This document shows positions 62,213-64,000 of a stretch of DNA of 64,000 bases, in pieces. How positions within the stretch are numbered: position 1 is the first letter of the stretch; every line of letters starts with the position of its first letter. Below the pieces are notes generated by a model that was not told the origin of the DNA, did no database searches, and worked only from the letters and a program-made list of their open reading frames with translations. Both the position numbers and the translations under genes were made by a program. The stretch spans positions 2,129,339-2,193,338 of the forward strand of contig MU061538.1 in assembly GCA_013265495.1 (NCBI GenBank), given 5' to 3'. The DNA is from Vicugna vicugna (lineage: Eukaryota).

Positions 62213-63050
62213 CTGGTGAACGATCTGAAGGCCGGGGCCCCGGGAGGTCACGTGGTCTCTCGGATCCCTGGGGTCAGGCTCTATTTTTCGTTTTTCCATC
62301 TGTTGGTTCCAGCAGCTTCGGCCATCTGGTGACGTCAACTCCTGTGCAGGTTCATTTTCTTCTCAGGAGGGGGTGCTAAGATGCCGGTTGTTGCAAACCA
62401 CAGAGGCAAAGCGGAGGGAGACACCTGGGACGAGGGGGGACAGGGCATAGAAGCGCGGAGAAAGGGCCCACGGGGGATCTCCGCAGGTGTGTGCTGTGCC
62501 AGAAGGGAGTGAGGTTCCTGTCTGTTTGGAGACATCCGGGACCAGGTGACGAACCAGGACGGTGACGGAACCAAGGATGAGGCTCACGAATCTTTGTCCA
62601 GGGCTGTTTTCACTCTGACTGATGCGACCTGCATCACCAGGACGCAGAGGACCCCAGGCCCCTGTCTAGAATGAGGTCACCTTTCCTGCAAGGGAGCAGG
62701 GTGGCGCCAGCCACGCTCTCAGCAGGAACCCGGTCCAGCCTGGATCCTGCTAGCGGCCCAGCACCCGCAGCCACAGGGGCTGAAAACGCAGCGGCAGTCC
62801 GCGTGCCTGTTTCGTGCCTTTGACATCCATCTCCCAGGACTCTGGAGCCAGGGGTCCGATGGTCTGGGATGTTCTTACTTGGAAAATTGCCGTCTTTTTA
62901 TGTTTTGTTTGAACCTTATGAAATTGCCACTTTGTCGGTCAAATGGTCGAATATCAGAAATTTCACCTGGTTCCACTTGATAATAAGAGTATTCATGGTG
63001 GAAGGATGTCTGTGAGACCCGAGCCGGCTGGTGAGAAGTGAGTAAGCCAG

Positions 63051-63073
63051 TGGATGGATGGATGGATGGATGG
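63051..63073. repeat. (TGGA)n microsatellite
   Basis: tggatggatggatggatggatgg. Confidence 0.9.
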
Positions 63074-64000
63074 GCGGCCGGTCCTCGTGGGGTGAAGGGC
63101 TGCTGGCGCGCACGTGCTCAGGCAAGGAGGCGGGAAGGATGAAGGCGGCAGTCAGAGCCCGCGATGCTGGATGCTGGGGCTTCAGGGAGAAGCGTGCGGC
63201 CTCGGGAGACCTGGGGCCTGACCTGAGAGTCAGCGGGAGAGGAGGAGCGAGGACAAAAAGATGTTTGTCAAAACCTGTGCGGTGCTTGCTTCTCAGGCCT
63301 GGGGCTTTGGTGGTTCTTAGATAGTGTGAACACTCCCACTTTACTGAAGCCAAAAGCAGGCTTATGAGTGTTTAAGAAACTGTACCAGCAGACAAATCCA
63401 GGTTCTAAATCAGGTCCAGCTGCCTCAAAACTGCATGCTTTTCCCACTGTTTTACTATGAGGAGACCTGGAGGAGTTCGCACAAGCACAAGCTGAGCCAA
63501 TTCTGAACTGCTGTCTCCAAGTCGTTTCTCTCTTTCCACGTTCAGTGTTTGCTTCGACCAGACCCGCCCACAGAGGGAGCCCGGGACTGAGCTTTGCTTG
63601 ACTGTAAGTGTAGATATGAGGCAAACGCACATCACATGCCTCTCCGGGTACGTTCTCTCGCTTCAGCCTCTCTCTAGGGTCCTTGAAGGCGCCGGCTTGT
63701 CCTCTCCTTATGTTTCCCACACTCAGGCCGGGGCTGAGCTCCCACTAAGTGTGGTGTTGATCTGTGAGGTCATCGGAGCTGCACACGCTTGACCAAGAGG
63801 AAGCAGCCCTAAGGTTGAGCCCCGAGTGGGGAGCGCCCAGACCTCTGGGGTCTTGAGTGAAGATGGGAAGGGGGTAGGGGCACCCCAGCACGTGGCTCAT
63901 CCTGGCACCGAGGCGGGTGGCTCTGGGGTGATCTGGGAGGACTTCTTGGAAGCGGAGATGACCGTGAGCTACAGCGGACTTGTTCCTGCTGCGTGAGTCC

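Overview
Mammalian genomic DNA, most likely camelid, judging from two tRNA-derived SINEs of the camelid type and cetartiodactyl-type L1 3' ends. The first ~48 kb are GC-rich unique sequence with many old MaLR/ERVL LTRs, MIR, L2, hAT and L1M fragments. No host protein-coding exon could be recognised, and nearly all ORFs in the track look like chance ORFs in GC-rich DNA. The dominant feature is a ~6.8 kb near-full-length but inactivated LINE-1 on the minus strand (49442-56270). It sits in a nest of insertions: an old L1M, then an artiodactyl L1 with a 12-bp TSD, then a SINE and the young L1 at one shared target site. There is also an ERV remnant (LTR, PPT and env-like tail, ~39.5-40.4 kb), a twin-primed 5'-inverted L1 (~10.8-11.3 kb) and a 204-N gap flanked by an exact 319-bp duplication, probably an assembly artefact. 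The best non-repeat candidates are cis-regulatory, chiefly a compact double RFX X-box / CCAAT / CRE module at 32133-32180, plus several AT-rich motif clusters and a few candidate exons. I found no convincing novel gene system. Repeat family names come from recalled consensus resemblance, and boundaries are approximate.
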